Below, piece by piece: positions 1 to 15,081 of a stretch of 64,000 nucleotides of DNA (its first letter is position 1; each line of letters begins with the position of its first letter). Under the pieces are notes generated by a model. The model was not told the origin of the DNA. It ran no database searches and saw only the letters and a list, made by a program, of their open reading frames with translations. Origin of the DNA: Octopus sinensis (taxonomy: Eukaryota); contig NC_043004.1 in the NCBI RefSeq assembly GCF_006345805.1, positions 82,770,001 through 82,834,000 on the forward strand. Direction: 5' to 3'. The position numbers and the translations under genes are program-made.

Positions 1-600
1 CTCCCTCCGGAGGAAGAGGGAGAGCTTTTCCACAGCCAACTGTTCCAGGACCCCATTGGGGACAGTTTTTTTTAATGTGGCCCAGTTCCAGGTTCAGGTG
101 ACACTTGGTTCGGGACATCCTTCAAGTGTCACCGGGTACCTGCAACCGGCCATTTTCAAAAAATCTAGAAAGACCAGATTTTTGACTAATTGGGTCCAGA
201 GGGTCTATACAGCTTTTGACCCAACCCAATCAGCCGCCGGCAAAATTTGAACATTAAGCAGCTTGGATCCGCTGCCACCCAATCCCCGGCGGATAGTATA
301 CTCTATCTATTGGGGTTCAATCCCGGGTGGCAGCCCGCGCTCTAAGGGCTGGCTCGCAAATTTGCGACACCACTCCGGGGTGTCAAATAGCATCCACACC
401 ATTGCATACTGCACCCACCTTGGAGATGAATTTAATAGTTGGCGAATACTCTGCCAATTCTTTTTCGATTTGCGTCTTTTTAGAGGGCGATGGTGTCAAG
501 CGACTTCGAGTAAGTCCTTAACACCACCGTCCTCTCTTCAAAGTCTTTCATCCACTGTTTCTGTTGGACAATCTCTCAGTACAACGTAATGTTTTTTTTT
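1..600 (-). mobile_element. Degraded gag-like/ORF1 fragment (L1/Tx1-like), continuing off the window
   Basis: Higher GC than flanks; minus strand near 59-130 reads VTLEG..PKCHL..ELGHIKKNCP, a decayed CCHC knuckle. Confidence 0.4.
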
Positions 601-1569
601 ATCTTTTTTGCCATGTTTTTTTAGAAAAAAAGTTCACAGCAAACAAAAATTCAGAGTAAAAAAAACACAAAAATGTAGGAAGGACGGAAGGAAGAAAGAA
701 GACAAGAAACAGTTCAAAAACACAGCAAACTATTCTGGGTGTCCTGATACTCCTGGCCAAATCGGTAATTCCCTTGGTAATCCTGGGCACAAAACAGTTG
801 CACAACAATTTCATCAAAAATCGGTAAAAAATAATTACAATTATCGGCGGAGGGATACGCCTCCAAAACACAATTCTCACCGCTAAGTGAGACATTAAAC
901 ACAACAACAGGCAGGCAAATACCCGGAACTCAGTGGATATTTCTTGCTCGACAAAATAATTAGACACGAGCAACAACAACCCCCCCCACTGAATCCCCCC
1001 CCAAAACAAATGTCTCACCTTGTACTTGTGCTTCCCTTGTTCAATAATTCACGACGTTAGTATTGTGACTCCTAGCAGTGCAAAAAAAAAAAAAACACTG
1101 ACCAATGCATGCGCGGGGAAGCAAACTTCTTACCACATAGCCACACCTGCTTACTGCAGATTCTTACTACGGCGCAACACTTGCGCCTATTTGTATAAAC
1201 ATCGCTTTGAAATTAGAGCAATTTCATTTTACTGATATTAATTACATATCTCGGTTGAGTTACTCTAGTAGCTATTGTCTATTACTAATGAAACAGCCAT
1301 TGAGCGTTATTTAATTGTGAAATGTTCGTCAAATTTGAAATTTTATGCTTTATAGCAAATATATAGAGCCCAAAATGATGATTGTTCAATCTGTTTATGA
1401 ATATAATTGGATTATGAATAATTTTGTGTGTGTGAGGTTAAAAGCTTGTTTCTAAACCGCATGGTTCTAGTTTCTAGGTTCGGGTCCAAAGCGGCATTTT
1501 TCTGCTCTAGCCTCGGGTCGACCAAAGCCTTGTGAGTGAATTTGGTAGACGGAAAATTGGAAGAGTACC

Positions 1570-1674
<105 letters not shown>

Positions 1675-2097
1675 CAGTTGCGGCCAAAATGTTCAGAACG
1701 GTATTGTTTTCGCCAGAAAAGTAGGTATAAGTTTTTATCAAAGTTGTTTTATATTCTATAATTTTCACAGACAATAAATACAATATTATTTGTTATTGTC
1801 TGAGATTTTTCTTGTAATTTGAGAGGATAATACAAAAGTTATGGATGATTTAGTGATTTACTGCAAAACCCATGGCGGCCAAAATGATCAGAAAGGTTGC
1901 TTTTACTCCATTTTTTCGTATATTTAACCGGCGAACTCTAATGTTTTGAGTGTGTTTACGTGACGGTTCGTTTAGTAAGAATATCTGCAGTGTACTTTGT
2001 TAATATAATGCCACTTACTCCGTTATCAATTCATCAGTAGATTATACCTACTTTTCTGGCGAAAACAATACCGTTCTGAACATTTGGGCCGCAACTC
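1675..2097. mobile_element. Tc1/mariner-type MITE
   Basis: ~52-bp TIRs (cagttgcggccaaaatgttcagaacggtattgttttcgccagaaaagtagg and its reverse complement), TA-flanked. Confidence 0.85.
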
Positions 2098-2123
2098 TAT
2101 ATATTATGTAAAATCGTTCTGTC

Positions 2124-2155
<32 letters not shown>

Positions 2156-2460
2156 TGTGTGTGTGTTCTAGGATCTCGGGCATCCTCCATCCGATTGCTC
2201 TCAAATTTGATGTGTAGATAACAACGGTATCAGGGCGTGTATATGTCTTGTAAAATTTACAAAAATCGATTCCAGGTGAGAATGCAATAAATAAAGCCGT
2301 GGGATCGTGCATTTGTACGCGCAAGTACATCAGCTGTTGCGATCGATAATACGCGTACGTGAGAAAAATGCACCTGCAGTTTCCGCAAAAAAGTGGAAAA
2401 CGGCTTGCATGAAATAATGCCACAATAGGCAGCATATTTAAGAGACCAAAAAAGTAAGAT
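2098..2460 (+). mobile_element. Helitron-like non-autonomous repeat with internal (GT)n (partial reverse copy ~22140-22340)
   Basis: tatatattatgtaaaatcgttctgtctg(tg)n...ctaggatctcgggcatcctccatccgattg; the reverse complement occurs at 22140-22340. Confidence 0.45.
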
Positions 2461-3642
2461 GCGAAAGAGATATTTTCTTCAAACTTGGCATGAAAGAAGG
2501 AAAGACTATTTTGTTTCTCATGAAGTTTTTTTCATTTTTGCCTTAACTTCGTTTAACAAAACCAAAAATTTTATTGAAATAAAGGGATGCTTAATTATTT
2601 TTTAATAAAAAGAAACCAGTGATTGCTTTTCATTCAAGGAAGAAAATACTATTTTCATACTCAATAAATGATTTTTTTTAGTGAAAGAAAACCGTTATTG
2701 TATTCAATCAAGTTTGTTTGAGCTTTATTTCAAGGTGCATGTAGTAAAAATACTTTAATTTTAGAAGCAAAAGACTATTTGCTCGCTTCTTAATCGTGCA
2801 ATATTTGCATTTTCTAAACGTACACAATTAACCTACAATTGACCTTTTTTTTTATGAAAATGCGACACATTTGCATTTTTAATTATAATTGTGTAATTGT
2901 TTCAATGGTATTGGTGTTTTAAAGTTGAAGTTCAATTGCATAGCATTTACATTTAAAATATATACACCTGGCCTTTTTGTGTTGACATTAATGTTGACAA
3001 CTTTTAATGTCTTTATTTGCTCATGAAAAGTTCCTTCTTTCATTTATCTCGATTTTAAGCTCTAGGATTAAGATGTAGAAGAGCTGGGGTCGATTTATTC
3101 GACTACAATTTCTTCAAGGCGGTGCCTCAGGGTCGTCGTAGTCACATGTGAGAAGCAGGGTAAAAGAAATTAAAGAATAAATGACACACACACACACACA
3201 CACACACAGAGGCAAAAACACACACACACACACACATATAAATCAGAGAAGAAGGGAAAGTATCAATGTAGCCCAAGTATAATATTTAGTTACTGTTTTC
3301 TCAGTATTCTCCATTTTCCAAACCACATTCTCTTTTATCATTTATCAATCATTAAACTGATAAATTGATAAATTAGTCATTTTCTGTGTTCAGACTCCGG
3401 CCAGCCTTTCTGCGGCATCGCTTTTCACCAAACGAATCAACCTCAGTACTTATTGTTTTGTAAAACCTGATATTTTTTGTGTCATTTATTGCCAGAAGAT
3501 CTAAATTACAGGGACGTAAACACTCCACCACCAGTTGTCAAGCAACGATGTGCGACAAAAACAGACACAAAAAACACACACTCATACCTATGCATATATC
3601 TACGTATCTATCTATCTGTCTATCTATATTTATATATATCTA

Positions 3643-3683
<41 letters not shown>

Positions 3684-3719
3684 GTCTATATATCCATCTA
3701 TCTATATCTATATCTACCG

Positions 3720-3794
<75 letters not shown>

Positions 3795-3797
<3 letters not shown>

Positions 3798-3925
3798 CGC
3801 AGGTGAGGTTGTGTGGTAACAAGTTTTAGTCTCAACAACTTGGTTCCGGGTTCAATCCCATTGCGTAGCACCTTGGTCAAAGTATTGAGTGGATATGGTA
3901 GAAAGAAACTGAAAGAAGCCCGCTT

Positions 3926-3930
<5 letters not shown>
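3795..3930 (+). mobile_element. SINE (internally deleted)
   Basis: ggcgcagg..ggtaa...gggttcaatccc...gaaactgaaagaagcccg, followed by (TA)n. Confidence 0.7.
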
Positions 3931-3956
<26 letters not shown>

Positions 3957-4093
3957 AAATATAAAATGGGACAAGAACGCAAAACATCCGGACAACTAGA
4001 TGATACAAGAGGTGACAACAATACATCCAAATAGGCGATACCCACCAAAAAAGAAACACGGACGGGTCATTCAAAGCCTTTTATCTTCAGTCA

Positions 4094-4177
<84 letters not shown>

Positions 4178-4485
4178 ATCAAATAACAAGACCAAAATAA
4201 CGTAATATTTACTAGGATATTTATAAAGAGAAATATGATCTTACAGCTGTTTCAGGGGGATAAATGATGTTCTATAATTGGAGACGTATTAAGAGAGTTT
4301 CAATAGAAGAAATTAGTAGAGTTCATTATATAAGTTATTTTGCAGAGGGAGAGACACTGGAAGTATGAAAGGAAAAATGAAAATAAAAATAAGTCTTCGA
4401 TGTTAAAGTTGCTCTTCCGTTATGCAAGGAATGTGCTGTGCAGAGTGGGTAAGATGCTTCTTGTCCATGGTGCGTAAATTCCGAT

Positions 4486-4525
<40 letters not shown>

Positions 4526-4528
<3 letters not shown>

Positions 4529-4692
4529 GCGGGATTCTTTCAGTTTTTTTCTACCATATCCACTCACGATACTTTGGGTCGGCCCGGTGCTGTAGTGGAA
4601 GACACTTGACCAAGGTGCTACGCAATAGGATTGAACCCGGACCATGTAGTTGAAAATAAAACTTGTTATCACACAACCACACCTACGCCTAT
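4526..4692 (-). mobile_element. SINE of the same family, opposite orientation
   Basis: Reverse complement matches 3795-3930. Confidence 0.7.
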
Positions 4693-4824
4693 GTAAGATA
4701 ACTGCGCGTGATAAATCTACAAACGTTGGTGTATACCTCATCAGACTTTTAGCATGGTATCTTATAACAATCTATGTTGTACGAGAAGCGTTGAACAATG
4801 TTGCTTATATAAAGAGTAATCAAA

Positions 4825-5100
4825 GTGAAGATGCATGGCTCAGTGGTTAGGACTTCGGTCTCAAAATCATGAGGTTGTGATTTCGGTTCCTAGACTGAGC
4901 TGGGTGCGTTCTTGAATAAGATACTTTAATTTTTGTTACTTTATTTCACTCAGCTCTAAAAATAAGTCACTAGTACCAAGCTGCATCGGCTTTTGCCTTT
5001 CCCTTGGACAACATTGGTGGCCTGGAGTCCAGAGGCTGATATGCATGGGTGAATGATTTTATTCCATAAATTACCTTGCCCAGACTTGTGCCTCGGAGTG
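4825..5100 (+). mobile_element. tRNA-derived SINE
   Basis: gtgaagatgcatggctcagtggttagg...gtttcggttcctagac (A/B-box head). Confidence 0.65.
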
Positions 5101-5114
5101 GAACATTTTAGGTG

Positions 5115-5415
5115 CAATCCCTTGTTTGTTCCTTCTCGAGCCATGCCTGGCTCACAAGGGCCGGTTTCCCGGTTTCCTTGGCGTATAGGTTCCCCACCTC
5201 GACGGGACGCTAGTCGGTCGCTGGTGGACTGCATAATGCAGGAGGAAAGAGTGAGAGAATGTCGTGGCGAAAGAGTCAGCAGAAGTTCGCCATTAACTTC
5301 TGCGGAGCCACGTGAAGCTTAGGTGTTTCGCTCATAAACACACACACCGCCCAGTCTGAGATTCCAACCCACGATCCCTCTACCGCCAGTCCGCTGCTCT
5401 AACTACTTGGCAACT
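5115..5415 (-). mobile_element. tRNA-derived SINE
   Basis: Minus-strand head gagttgccaagtagttagagcagcggact...gggttggaatctcag. Confidence 0.6.
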
Positions 5416-7972
5416 CATGACCGAAGGAAGTCTTTAAACTTTACGCAAAAAAACAATGAAAATTTTAACTGGGTGTAAAACTTCTGTTGCATTGAAATTT
5501 TCTGTATTTCATCGACATAGAAGTAACAATTCAACCATCTTACATGCCACTTTTAGCCAACGTAAAGAACTGCAGATTTTGAACCTGTTTAAATTTGGGT
5601 ACCAATCCTGAAATGTAAATAGTCAAGTGTTTGTGCTGATCCCGAAATAAGGAATCGAGAATTTTTATGCAACATAGAAGTACAACATACATGCATGTGT
5701 ACGTGTGTGTGTGCATATACATATGTAAATATAACTATACACATATCTATGCATATGGATATGTATACTCATGTATATGTATTTATGCATCTATGTGTGC
5801 GTGTCTCTCTCCCTCTGATGAACGGCAACGAGAAACTCAGAGTAACAGATTTTGTTGAATTTTCTGCTGCTTAAAATAAAGTATATATATATATATATAA
5901 GTAAATCACTTATGCTGAAAAATGACGCTAAATCATCTCACCAAATAACATATTTTCACCTATATTATCGCACCACGTATCGAATGAAGGAAAGCAAGCT
6001 AACAGAAATTGATAAAAATATAGTTAGCACCGAATCGGTTCCGATTTCTTGATTAATCTCCTAACAATTCTTCCTTCATCAGCGAGAAACACAAATGAAA
6101 ATAGATGAAATACTTAAACATATTCACGGAAAAGCGGATGCAAAGTCAAGAATTTCATTTAAGTACCCCAAATATATACGAACAGAAATTCCCTAGAAAT
6201 TTTCTTACCCTTCGGGAATAAGAATTAATTTACTTCTGATATCACTGTGATTACCGTGACCGACCAGGCTAGCAGATGTTGCTACACATCGCTGGTCACA
6301 ATGCGCTTTGCATTGTTTTAGCCATCAAATGGCGCCACCCCACTGGCTAACCGATAAGGCCAAATTCTGTTGTGTCTGGGGAGAGTCAATTTCTTTTTGT
6401 GCCTTATGATATAACACACTAACCGGTAAAATTTCCACTTTTTTCTTATTTTTTTTTTTAATTTTCGTTGCGTCTTGCAAACTTTTCAATAGTTTTGACT
6501 CTGTTCGTTAATTACACTGCTTTCCGTTTTCTTTGTTTGTGCGCATGTGTGTGGGTCAGTTTGTGTGTGTATGTGTGTATGTGTGTATGTGTGTGTGTGT
6601 GTGCCTATACATGCATGTACGTATGTATGTGTGTGTTTGCATATGTATATATGTGTGTGTATGCGTATATTATCAGAAAATTTATCAATGGCCATCATAT
6701 GAAAAAATACCTTTTAAAGAGAGAATTATAAATACAATTATCGATAAGGGTAAAAGTAAAAAGGCCTGGAAAAGCAAGAAAGTGGGGAGTATAATTTGAC
6801 GAAATTTAAATGCCGTTTCATATCTTGTACCGGTGTGCAGACCATTCTACGAGCTCACTGCATTACTGGTTTCTACTATAAACACAAGGCCTGATATACA
6901 ACTGGGACTTATTTTATCGATATCGAAAGTATGATGGCCAAATTTGACCTTGGCGGAATTTGAAACCAGAAAGTATGGACGAACGAAATGCTGCTAAGCA
7001 TTTTGCCCATCGTGATAACGATTCTGCCAGTTCACCACTTTATGTTGACAAATTATTACATTTAAGAGCTGTTTTGCTCTTGTTCGTTTTATTATCACCT
7101 GATTGTGACAAAATCGGCGGAAAAGATAAATTAACTTTGCTGTCAATTAAGTGTCCTAATTCGCTATTGAAAATAACCACTTCTTCGTACTTTTCTTGCA
7201 CTTTGCAATGTAAACTGGCAGAATCGACTAACGAGCAGAATAAATACAGGACATATATAGCAATAGAGCGCTATATCTCTGTATATGTGTTGAATATAAG
7301 CTTTTTTTCGCTAAGTGCTTTTTGCTATTTTTTTCAATTAATGTTTTCAAACGTGGTACACATATCGCTTATACTTTTATTTCTGTGCATACAAATACGC
7401 GTAATATGCTTTTGTACTGTACAAATCATCTTGTAGTCTATGCAAGTATTGATTATAATTCATGGATTTTACGTATTTAATATTTATACAAGTAGAAAGT
7501 TTAGGCGATTTGGAGAAAGGCGGAAATCCAAAGGGAGGGAAATAGAGAGAGAGAGAGAGAGAATAGAGAGAGAGAGAGAGGTTTCAGGACAATCCTCTAA
7601 GAGGAGAAAAATAATATACAATGGGGGAAAGGATGGGTAGATAGGTAGATAGATAGATAAATAATTAGACAGACAGAGAGACAGATAGATGGTTAGATAG
7701 ATAGAGATTTCTTTTCAATTTGATGTGGACCATTCATTGAAATTTCATTACAAAGCATATTTTTCTTTCTCCTTTCTTTTTTCTTTCCATTGTACACCTA
7801 TCAACATATTTGTAAATAAACACATTTTCTTAAAAGGGCTGGTGACCTTTAAAAGAAGTCAATTTTAGGAAGTAAGATGGACAAAATAACAAAGGAATAG
7901 AGGATACAGTCATTTTACCATTACTTCTAACAGCACTTACTATACTTGCATGGGACGCTATATCGAAAGAAC

Positions 7973-8201
7973 TAACCTATTTCTTTACTACCCACAAGGG
8001 GCTAAACACAGTGGGAACAAACAAGGACAGACACACGGATTAAGTCGATTATATCGACTCCAGTGCGTAACTGGTACTTATTTAATCGACCCCGAAAGGA
8101 TGAAAGGCAAAATCGACCTCGGCGGAATTTGAACGTGAGGGCAGACGAAATACTGCAAAGCAGTTCGCCCGGCTGCTACCGTTTATGCCAGCTCGCCGCC
8201 T
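7973..8201 (-). mobile_element. tRNA-derived SINE with 10-bp TSD (copies ~32160-32391 and ~51865-52095)
   Basis: tcgaaagaac at 7963-7972 and 8202-8211. Minus strand begins aaggcggcgagctggc...gttcaaattccgccgaggtcga. Confidence 0.8.
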
Positions 8202-9354
8202 TCGAAAGAACGAAGCATTCTATATGTGGTGTACATTGTATTATGCAATAACCATAGCAAAGATATCTAACCTAGAAGTAGCAACCTGCACACCCTAGTC
8301 ATTTCTTTTCCAATTCCACTAGGTACGTAAGCCTTATACCAAGATACAGTTATGTGTGCTGCGCTTGTCAAATAATAAATACAACACACTATCCACACCT
8401 ATTACGACCATTTTCCAGAGTTGCTTTGTTTGATTTACGGAATTTGTATAACATTCCCTATTGTGAATCATTAGACTACTCCCTACTGCTTTCTTTGATT
8501 TCCGACTTGGCATTTCCTCTAACACCTTACAAGGTGTAGTTTATTATATGACACCCTTCCACTTTAAACTCCTCATTGATAACTAGTACTCCTCAATGAT
8601 AAATAGTACTCAGCTATTACTAGAAGCTTTACCCTCTCCAGGCAAACATTTCCTAATATTATAAGTGGTCCTAACTAACCCATATACAACACCATACTTC
8701 TTAACACTGCAATTCCATAAAAGTTAGATCGTATTATTTGATTGTCTTTGTACCCTCCCCAAGATTTCAACCGATATTCACTGAACATCCCTAAATTGTC
8801 TGTATCTCTGCTCTCCTCTATTTGTCCTTTAACCTTAGTTAGTGAACCCTAAACTCGGCCCTATGCCTAGCTGGCTTGTACGTTTTCATTTTTCTTCACC
8901 CTTTTCCTTATCCACTTTCTATATTCCTAATTCATATTCGGTTCTCTCATTGTTACCCGTTACTCATGGGATATTATAATGAAATATCACCTACATTCCA
9001 CTCCAGGAACCAGTCTAGCAGACCCCTATCTCATCCGGGTTGCTGACCTTAGATATCATGTTACACATATTCACGAATTATATTCTCAACCTCAACGTCC
9101 AACTTTGTGGTTCATCCTTCCATTTCATAATTGGCCTTGACAGACTTCAGTCAGATCTCTGCCGTATTCTTGAGATATTCTATAACTTTCAGCATCAGGT
9201 GAAAATTACGTTTCGTGTGATGATTATTGTTTTTTTTTGTAATATAGTAATGTTTTCATTCTTCTATTAAAAAGATGTATAAGAAACAGCAGGAATGAGC
9301 TGACAACTTTCCATCCTCTGTTATATTTCATTTGACACATACACACACAAACAC

Positions 9355-9413
<59 letters not shown>

Positions 9414-10314
9414 TAAATAAGGTACTCAGGAATCTAGATGGTTTTATATTTACAGATATTTAGTAAAATGAAACATGTTTTTATAAATCATATATTGGCG
9501 CTTGCGTCCACTCTAGTGGAGTCTTCAGATTGAACTTTTTCAGTAAATTTGTCTCCTTTTATAGTATTATTGTGTGTATATGGGGGGAGAGAGATATAAG
9601 ATAGTACAATAGGGTGAGGAATGGGGCGAAAGTGAGAGAGTTCGTGTGTGTGTGTGTGTCCTTTTGCATCGGAAAGGAGTGTCAATGGAAAAGAAAAGGA
9701 ACGGAAGAAGGAAGAATGAAGGACAAGAATCTGTTGACATCTTAGCACTTGGTCAGTTCTTTCAGTAGGAAATGATTCTTGGCTTTTAGAAATGGCAAAT
9801 CCACGTGACCACTCCAAGCAGGGTAAATATTATCTTACAAAAAATTGTCTGGATTTCTTTTTATCATTGTCTTGTAAGTGTGTGCGCGCGCGCTGAATCT
9901 GTTTTTCAAATAGTAGTAATTGGCATTTAGTAGTGACAATGCTGTCTTCTACTTAAATTCCTTATATGGAGCTCTGAAATCCCCTTTTATCTCAATTCTA
10001 TAATTAGTAAATCTTTATTGTCTCCTTCCAATTATTTTTCCCTCTATGAACCTTACAGTAGTCTGGAACAACCGAATCTTAGTCAGTCAGTTGATGGGCT
10101 CCACTACCTCAAATGTTCTTAATATTTAAATCCACATCTTTGTCTATATATCTAGCTTCTCTATAATGTTGCCACTTCATATGAAAACTTTTGTATTAAT
10201 GCAAAACCTCGATAATTGGCTGATGAGTGCTCAGTAATACTTACAACATCTAATAAAAGGATGTAGTACGAAGTGATTGTACCAAATTAACAGAGTCATT
10301 CTTGTTGCTTGTTT

Positions 10315-10409
<95 letters not shown>

Positions 10410-10462
10410 GAGTGACTTAGAGACGTAGATAGACAGTTCGATATATTGCTGGATATAGAGGT

Positions 10463-10526
<64 letters not shown>

Positions 10527-10527
10527 G

Positions 10528-10575
<48 letters not shown>

Positions 10576-11090
10576 ATATGTATTTATATGTATACACACA
10601 AAGAAAGAGAGAGAGAGAGGGAGGTTCATAATATATTTTGAATTAATATATATGCTTGATATGTGAAAGAAAATAAATCAAATGCATTCTCTTAATACAA
10701 AAGCACCATATCAATTAATTAATCAGTGTTGATTCGTTATAGGATAATTGAAATCAAGCAATGTTCTCTATACGGATTTTATAAGCATTTCTAGTTCGAT
10801 TTCTCTGACAGAGTCAACACTAGTATTAATTAGAGTTAGACCATCCTACATTATTTGAACTTGATATTGACAAAATATATGGAAGAAATTAGTAAAAACT
10901 CTATCTCTCTCCTTGGCTACTGATTCGTTGTTCCTAGTAAATTAAGTTATACTGCCCAATCTTTAATAGACGCGTTGATTGGCAAATAAGTTCACAAGGA
11001 AATATAAAACTGCATCGCACCTATCAAGAACTACTTAAAAAGTCTTCTTTTTCATAAACAAACTTTGAAGGAGACAAAATTTGAAGAATT

Positions 11091-12041
11091 ATGCAAGTGA
11101 AAGAAACTCAGATGTTTAAACTGCTGGAATTATATCAGAAATTTGATCACTTTAGCCAATCGAGTATGACTGTTTCATCATTGAAATCACCAAAATCTAA
11201 AACAGTTTATTTGCAAGCATTTTATATTCTGTTCTGTACGTATGTGATTATAAACCCTATTCGTCACATTGTTACTTTAGCACAATGTAAAAAAAGGAAT
11301 ACTGATCAACTGTTTGTGTACAGTTACATATTCATTTTCAGAGTTTGTATTTATATCTTTACTTTGTTGAAAATCTTCAACCTATCTAAATTTAAGCTAC
11401 TGACTGAAGAATTTGCCGAAATCAAACTTGAAAATGAAGGTAGAAAATGCCGCAAGTTAATTCTTTTATATTCATTTACGGTATTTTATGCATTTATATG
11501 CGTAACGATCTCTTCTAACATATTAATAGATTTCGTGTTGCCATGCCTTAGTAAAGACTTGTTGGAATATTTTACATATCCGATATCAAACAATATCTTC
11601 AAAGTTTCCTTTTTAACAATACAAGCTACATTTAATTGCATTTCCGCTGTCTATTTGATAGCTGATCTATACGTAGACTTGTTAATCGGATTTACACTCA
11701 GTTATGAGTTCAACAAGTTGGCAAACGAGGCTGAACGATTCGTAACGGAGAAGCAATCCGACCATTCAAATTTCATCAAGAAGCACAAAGATATCACAGA
11801 AATATGTGACGCTCATAATATTATGAGTAGGAAATTGAAATTTGTAAATGAATCTTTACAACTAACGTCAGGATTTATCGTACTTTCTTCCATTCTTAGC
11901 AGTTGCGTTGCAACTTACGTAATAATAAATGACTCACCAAGTATTAAAATCAGCCAACACCTATATTTAGCAATGGTGATGATAGGGTGCTTCATATATT
12001 TGATACTGTTGTTCTGGTGTGGAGTTCATTTGAATAAATCA
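11091..12041 (+). CDS. GRL A1 exon 1 (317 codons, TM1-TM6)
   Basis: ATG at 11091; GT donor at 12042 after AAT AAA TCA. Same length and donor position as the B1 first exon. Confidence 0.88.
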
Positions 12042-13238
12042 GTGAGTATCTTTTACGATAACTTCATAATATCAAATCTTAATTTTATCTTTTTATGTTT
12101 CATCTCTTTCTTCTTTCAGTGTGAAGGCTGTAGTCATGCTCGAGCACCGACTTTGGTATAGCTGCACTATCGCTGATCCATTTTCTTTCATCGGTACTTG
12201 TTGAATGATGGAATCCAAATTTAGTACCCTCGGTTTTCTTACTTTCCGCAAATTAGGATCGTCTTAAGTTTTAATTGGTAGATGGTCGGTTTATATTATG
12301 TCTTGTCTTGTCTTTAGACAGCATTCATCCGGGGTGGGTTGAGCTGACTTCATTCATCCTCAATGCTGCAGCTTGCACAAACGCCGAGCAGACCTGGTGA
12401 TTTGAGGCTAACGACCGCTTGATCTCCAACCACTCCTTATTCCATCAGCGAACGTCGAAGATATGGGGGCCTAGGTCGGGTTCCAGATCAGCCTTGACTG
12501 ACAGAAGCCAGGTTTTTCGCTGTCCACCACACCGTTTTGCCAACCCTGAAGGGGAGCTGGGGCAATTGCTTCGTAGATAAATTCTCCAAGCACTTGTAGA
12601 TGAATTCTATCAAGCACTAGTGCGAACGATTCTCCTTTACGGCAGCGAGACATGGCCGATGAGGGTGTAAGATATTAAGCGACTAGAATCCTTCGATAAC
12701 CTCTGTCTACGCCGCATCCGTCGTGTCCGATGGTATCACTTTATATTATAACACGATCTACATTCATTCATGTGTATCTATTACGAATTTCCGTAGGATA
12801 TTTAATCACAAAGCTATTGTGGTATCTAGCTTTCGATCTTATGTTGGCCTCTATACAGTGGTGATCCGTTCAGGTATTAAAATAACTTTTAGTACCAACG
12901 CTTCAGAATCTATCAGAAATATAGAATCGCATAATTTTCTCTTTGCTCTATGGAGCAAAGTCGTAGAAATGTTGACGTAGAAATGAGGCAATATGCTTCG
13001 TGTACCAGTGTTCGATTTCTTCAATGACATCAATATAGACAGCAAATTTGCCCGTTTGATAGGGACCAATTATTTAGGCAGTTGGAATAGTAGAGATACT
13101 GGCGGACTAAATAAATGGCAGGTGGCATTCGTTTTAGTGATTTACACATTGAGTCTTAATCCCAAAGGGAGAACCATACACACACATAACTTACACGCAC
13201 ACACATATATATATATATATATTTACACACACAGCCAT

Positions 13239-13273
<35 letters not shown>

Positions 13274-14380
13274 AAATGTTCTACACTATACACATAATTA
13301 TAATCAGGGCTCCGCTAATTGCTCCGCACGTATCGAATTAGAAATGGACGCTAAGGTCTTTTCAGTTACCATATATATCTCCGAGACAGTAACACACATT
13401 TTTGTAAGCAAAAAAAAAAAAAAAAAAATGATGAATTTACACGACTTCGATTAACCACAGACGTGTTTCGAATTTAAAGTAAATTATAGTTACCTACTTT
13501 TCTCCTCATTGTGATAATTCGAGGGATATATTTGCGAGTGTTAGGATTAGATATGTACGCGATCAAGCGTCATCGCATAACTGATATTCAACCGCACTCA
13601 CAAAAATATACAGCCGAATGTGAATACATTTTTATCCATTATACCCACGTGTGTGTTACGAACACTCCCGCAGAAAACTGTAGATTCGATCAGGGAGTAA
13701 AAAGTGTGTTTCTTTCTCGGAGATAATTATGGTAGTTGTAAAGATAAGTGCGTCCATTTCTAATTCGGGACGTGGCAAAGCAATAAGCTGACCCCTAATT
13801 GTAATTACATATACAATTATGAAATATTTTGTGTAATTCACATAAAAAGGTAATTTTAACGTACTGACTACTTGGTAAAATTATTAATTATTAATCAATT
13901 AATTGATTATTTTATTTATTTTACCCAGTATTATAGATATATATATCTGAGATCTTGTGCTGGAATGAAAGCAGTTGCAGTGTGGAAGGAGTTTAGAAGC
14001 CATTTAAGAACCACAAAAACCATTAGATTTATTTCAACATTTAAATTTCATTTGCCAGTATATTTTCGTCGCTTGGAGCCCGCAACGAATATAAATTTGG
14101 GAAAATAAATTTAAATGTTGAGGTGAATCTAAGTTATATATATATACAAATGCGTCGTGGAAGGTGTTTATAAGATATTTAAGAAAGACAGAAAACCATT
14201 AGATTCACTTCAACATTTAAATTACCTCTGTTTTTACGTTCTGCGTTCTGGTACCAACGAGGTCAACTTTGCTATTAATTCTTACGAGGTCTATAACATA
14301 AGTACCAGACGAGCACTGGGGTCGATGTAAACAACTTACAAACACCACCGGAATTGCCGGCCTTGTGACAAACTATGAAA

Positions 14381-14454
<74 letters not shown>

Positions 14455-15008
14455 ATCAATATTATTATTATTGAGTGAGAGAGTTGTACATGCCATCAAA
14501 GTGACACTGGGGTAAAATATACGAAGCCCAGTATACCCATCATTACTACCCGCCTGATAAGGGCACACGAGGCACATGCATCACAACCATATGTGCGCGA
14601 CATGGTGATCTCATATAAAAATAAACAGCACATGACCTTACAGGTGGGACCCAGTTAGAATTTTATTCAGGTCGAGTTACCTATCCCGCTCAAAATGTCC
14701 CTGAATACGGGTTGTTTAATGATGTTTCCAGTGGTGAATTATTCAAACCCTAAAGAATTCCTTTCAACATACGGCTATGATACTCCCCCACTACTTCTTC
14801 TCGTGATCAGAGATGCACATATCGTCAGCCTCTAAGGACCATGCTCAACTGGTTAAGGTCTAACAACTGACAAGCAAATCTGTGGTATTGAGCAGAATAT
14901 TTGCTGCAGTCCAACTTTTGTACCAAGAAAAAACAATGTACATGATCACACTTCCAATCAGTTAAGATCAGAAACCATGAGAACCACTGTCTGGTACTGC
15001 ATCAGGGC

Positions 15009-15081
<73 letters not shown>

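Noticed and set aside
599-1018. 139-aa hydrophobic minus-strand ORF
   Set aside because: No ATG start in the track's codon and low-complexity T-rich translation; probably the untranslated/5' part of the degraded retroelement at 1-600.
8330-9270. Conserved block in the three X segments as possible extra exons or a LINE endonuclease
   Set aside because: Stops and indels differ among copies and no motif could be confirmed; conservation is explained by recent duplication.
11091-12161. Single-exon 356-aa membrane protein as given by the ORF track (likewise 28141..29106)
   Set aside because: Both paralogs have a strong donor at the same codon, and TM7 is on downstream exons; the extra residues are intron read-through.
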